DNA of 50,112 nucleotides, counting the filler, from Basidioascus undulatus (Eukaryota): the NCBI GenBank assembly GCA_000826855.1. It is 3 parts of 3 records of this genome, joined end to end, with 100 filler letters (N's around TTAATTAATTAA, not from the genome) between each part and the next. Parts side by side here need not be neighbours in the genome. Positions count along the whole stretch, not along the records: positions 33,521 to 50,112 come from JTLS01000576.1; 2 more parts are not named here. The stretch is one strand, 5' to 3'. The notes beneath the pieces are model-generated. The model saw only the letters and a list, made by a program, of their open reading frames with translations. It searched no databases and was not told the DNA's origin. A program made the translations under genes and the position numbers. Below are positions 49,333-50,112 of this stretch, in pieces; the first letter of the stretch is position 1, and each line of letters starts with the position of its first letter.

Positions 49333-50112
49333 ATGGCCCGCCCGACGCCGTACCCGGCCCATGTCCCGGATCCATCACCCGACGATGACGAGATTCGCGC
49401 GCCGAGCGGGACCGCCGCGCAGGGTGGGCAGGGGGAGGAGCCGGAGCCTGAGCTGGAGGAGGAGGAGGACCCGCTCGTGTACTGGCAGAGCAGCCAGCGC
49501 GGGCTGCTCAAGGAGATGATTGGCACACAGGTGTCCAAACGTGCGTTTCTTCCCATCTGTATTCTTAATCTTCGAACGCTCAACCGCTTAGCCCACCTCA
49601 TAGCGCCCCGCCGCCGCGCCTCCGTCGCCGCCCCCGCGCCGCCCCCTCCCCCACGCGCACCCTTCGCACCGGACCCCACTTCGTCCTCCTCGGCCCTCAC
49701 CGCCCGCCGCCGCCGCCTCCCGCGACCCCCGAAGCGGCCGCTGCCCACCGCGTCCTCCGCGCCGTCTACCTCCGCCTCGATGAGCTCCGAAGGCGCCAAG
49801 CGCCCGCGCACCGCGGCCGCGGGGGCGGACGACTCGCTCGAGTCACTCATGCGCAAGGTGTCGGTGCGGCTGAGGGAGGATGGGGAGCGCAAGAAGCGCA
49901 AGCGGATGGTGAAGAATATGCGCGAGAAGATGGGCGAGGTCGTCAATCTGCCGCCGCCGCCCCCGAGGGCGGCAGGGAAGACGCAGCCTCGGGCCGACTC
50001 AGCAGTCAAGGTTGTCGTCGACCCACCCCCGCTCCCACCACCACCACCTCCCCGCACTTCTGCACCGTGCGTCCCAACATCTCGCGCAACATCCGTCCCA
50101 CTCGCCCCCCGC
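49333..50112 (+). CDS. Hypothetical Pro/Arg-rich protein, 3' end beyond the window
   Basis: ATG at 49333 (MARPTPYP...EEEEDPLVYWQSSQRGLLKEMIG), a GTGCGT intron at ~49541, then a GC-rich open frame with a basic NLS-like ERKKRKR running to the window end. No recognisable domain. Confidence 0.55.
   Translation, partial: MARPTPYPAHVPDPSPDDDEIRAPSGTAAQGGQGEEPEPELEEEEDPLVYWQSSQRGLLKEMIGTQVSKRAFLPICILNLRTLNRLAHLIAPRRRASVAAPAPPPPPRAPFAPDPTSSSSALTARRRRLPRPPKRPLPTASSAPSTSASMSSEGAKRPRTAAAGADDSLESLMRKVSVRLREDGERKKRKRMVKNMREKMGEVVNLPPPPPRAAGKTQPRADSAVKVVVDPPPLPPPPPPRTSAPCVPTSRATSVPLAPR

Overview
Intron-rich fungal genomic DNA, most likely a basidiomycete (GC-rich exons, 45-80 nt introns, GTGCGT/GTACGT donors, CTRAC branch sites). 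It is split into three blocks (1-16660, 16761-33420, 33521-50112) by two identical artificial 100-nt N44-TTAATTAATTAA-N44 linkers, so adjacency across the linkers is not reliable. Apparently intact genes: an RNF216-like RBR E3 ligase, an Sds23-like CBS protein, a VPS9-domain protein (5' end cut by a linker), RNA14/CstF-77, a divergent histone H4/H3 pair, NDUFB9, a ribokinase, Ase1/PRC1, an orphan secretory E/K/P/Y repeat protein, and a partial low-complexity gene at the right edge. Decayed accessory genes lie between them: an ABCB transporter, a Zn2Cys6 factor, F-box/LRR genes and a GH28 polygalacturonase. There is also a CpG-hypermutated DIRS/Ngaro-type retroelement RNase H remnant. The best leads are (i) the orphan tandem-repeat protein, which ends in HDEL only after splicing of a final exon; (ii) an unusually long RNA14 intron with a 192-nt AG-free zone and a distant branch point, a candidate for intronic-polyadenylation autoregulation; (iii) a hydrophobic insert splitting the RBR IBR domain; and (iv) GC-donor introns. 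No tRNA, rRNA or CRISPR array was recognised. I see no clear multi-gene novel system. All exon models are manual and were not tested against databases.
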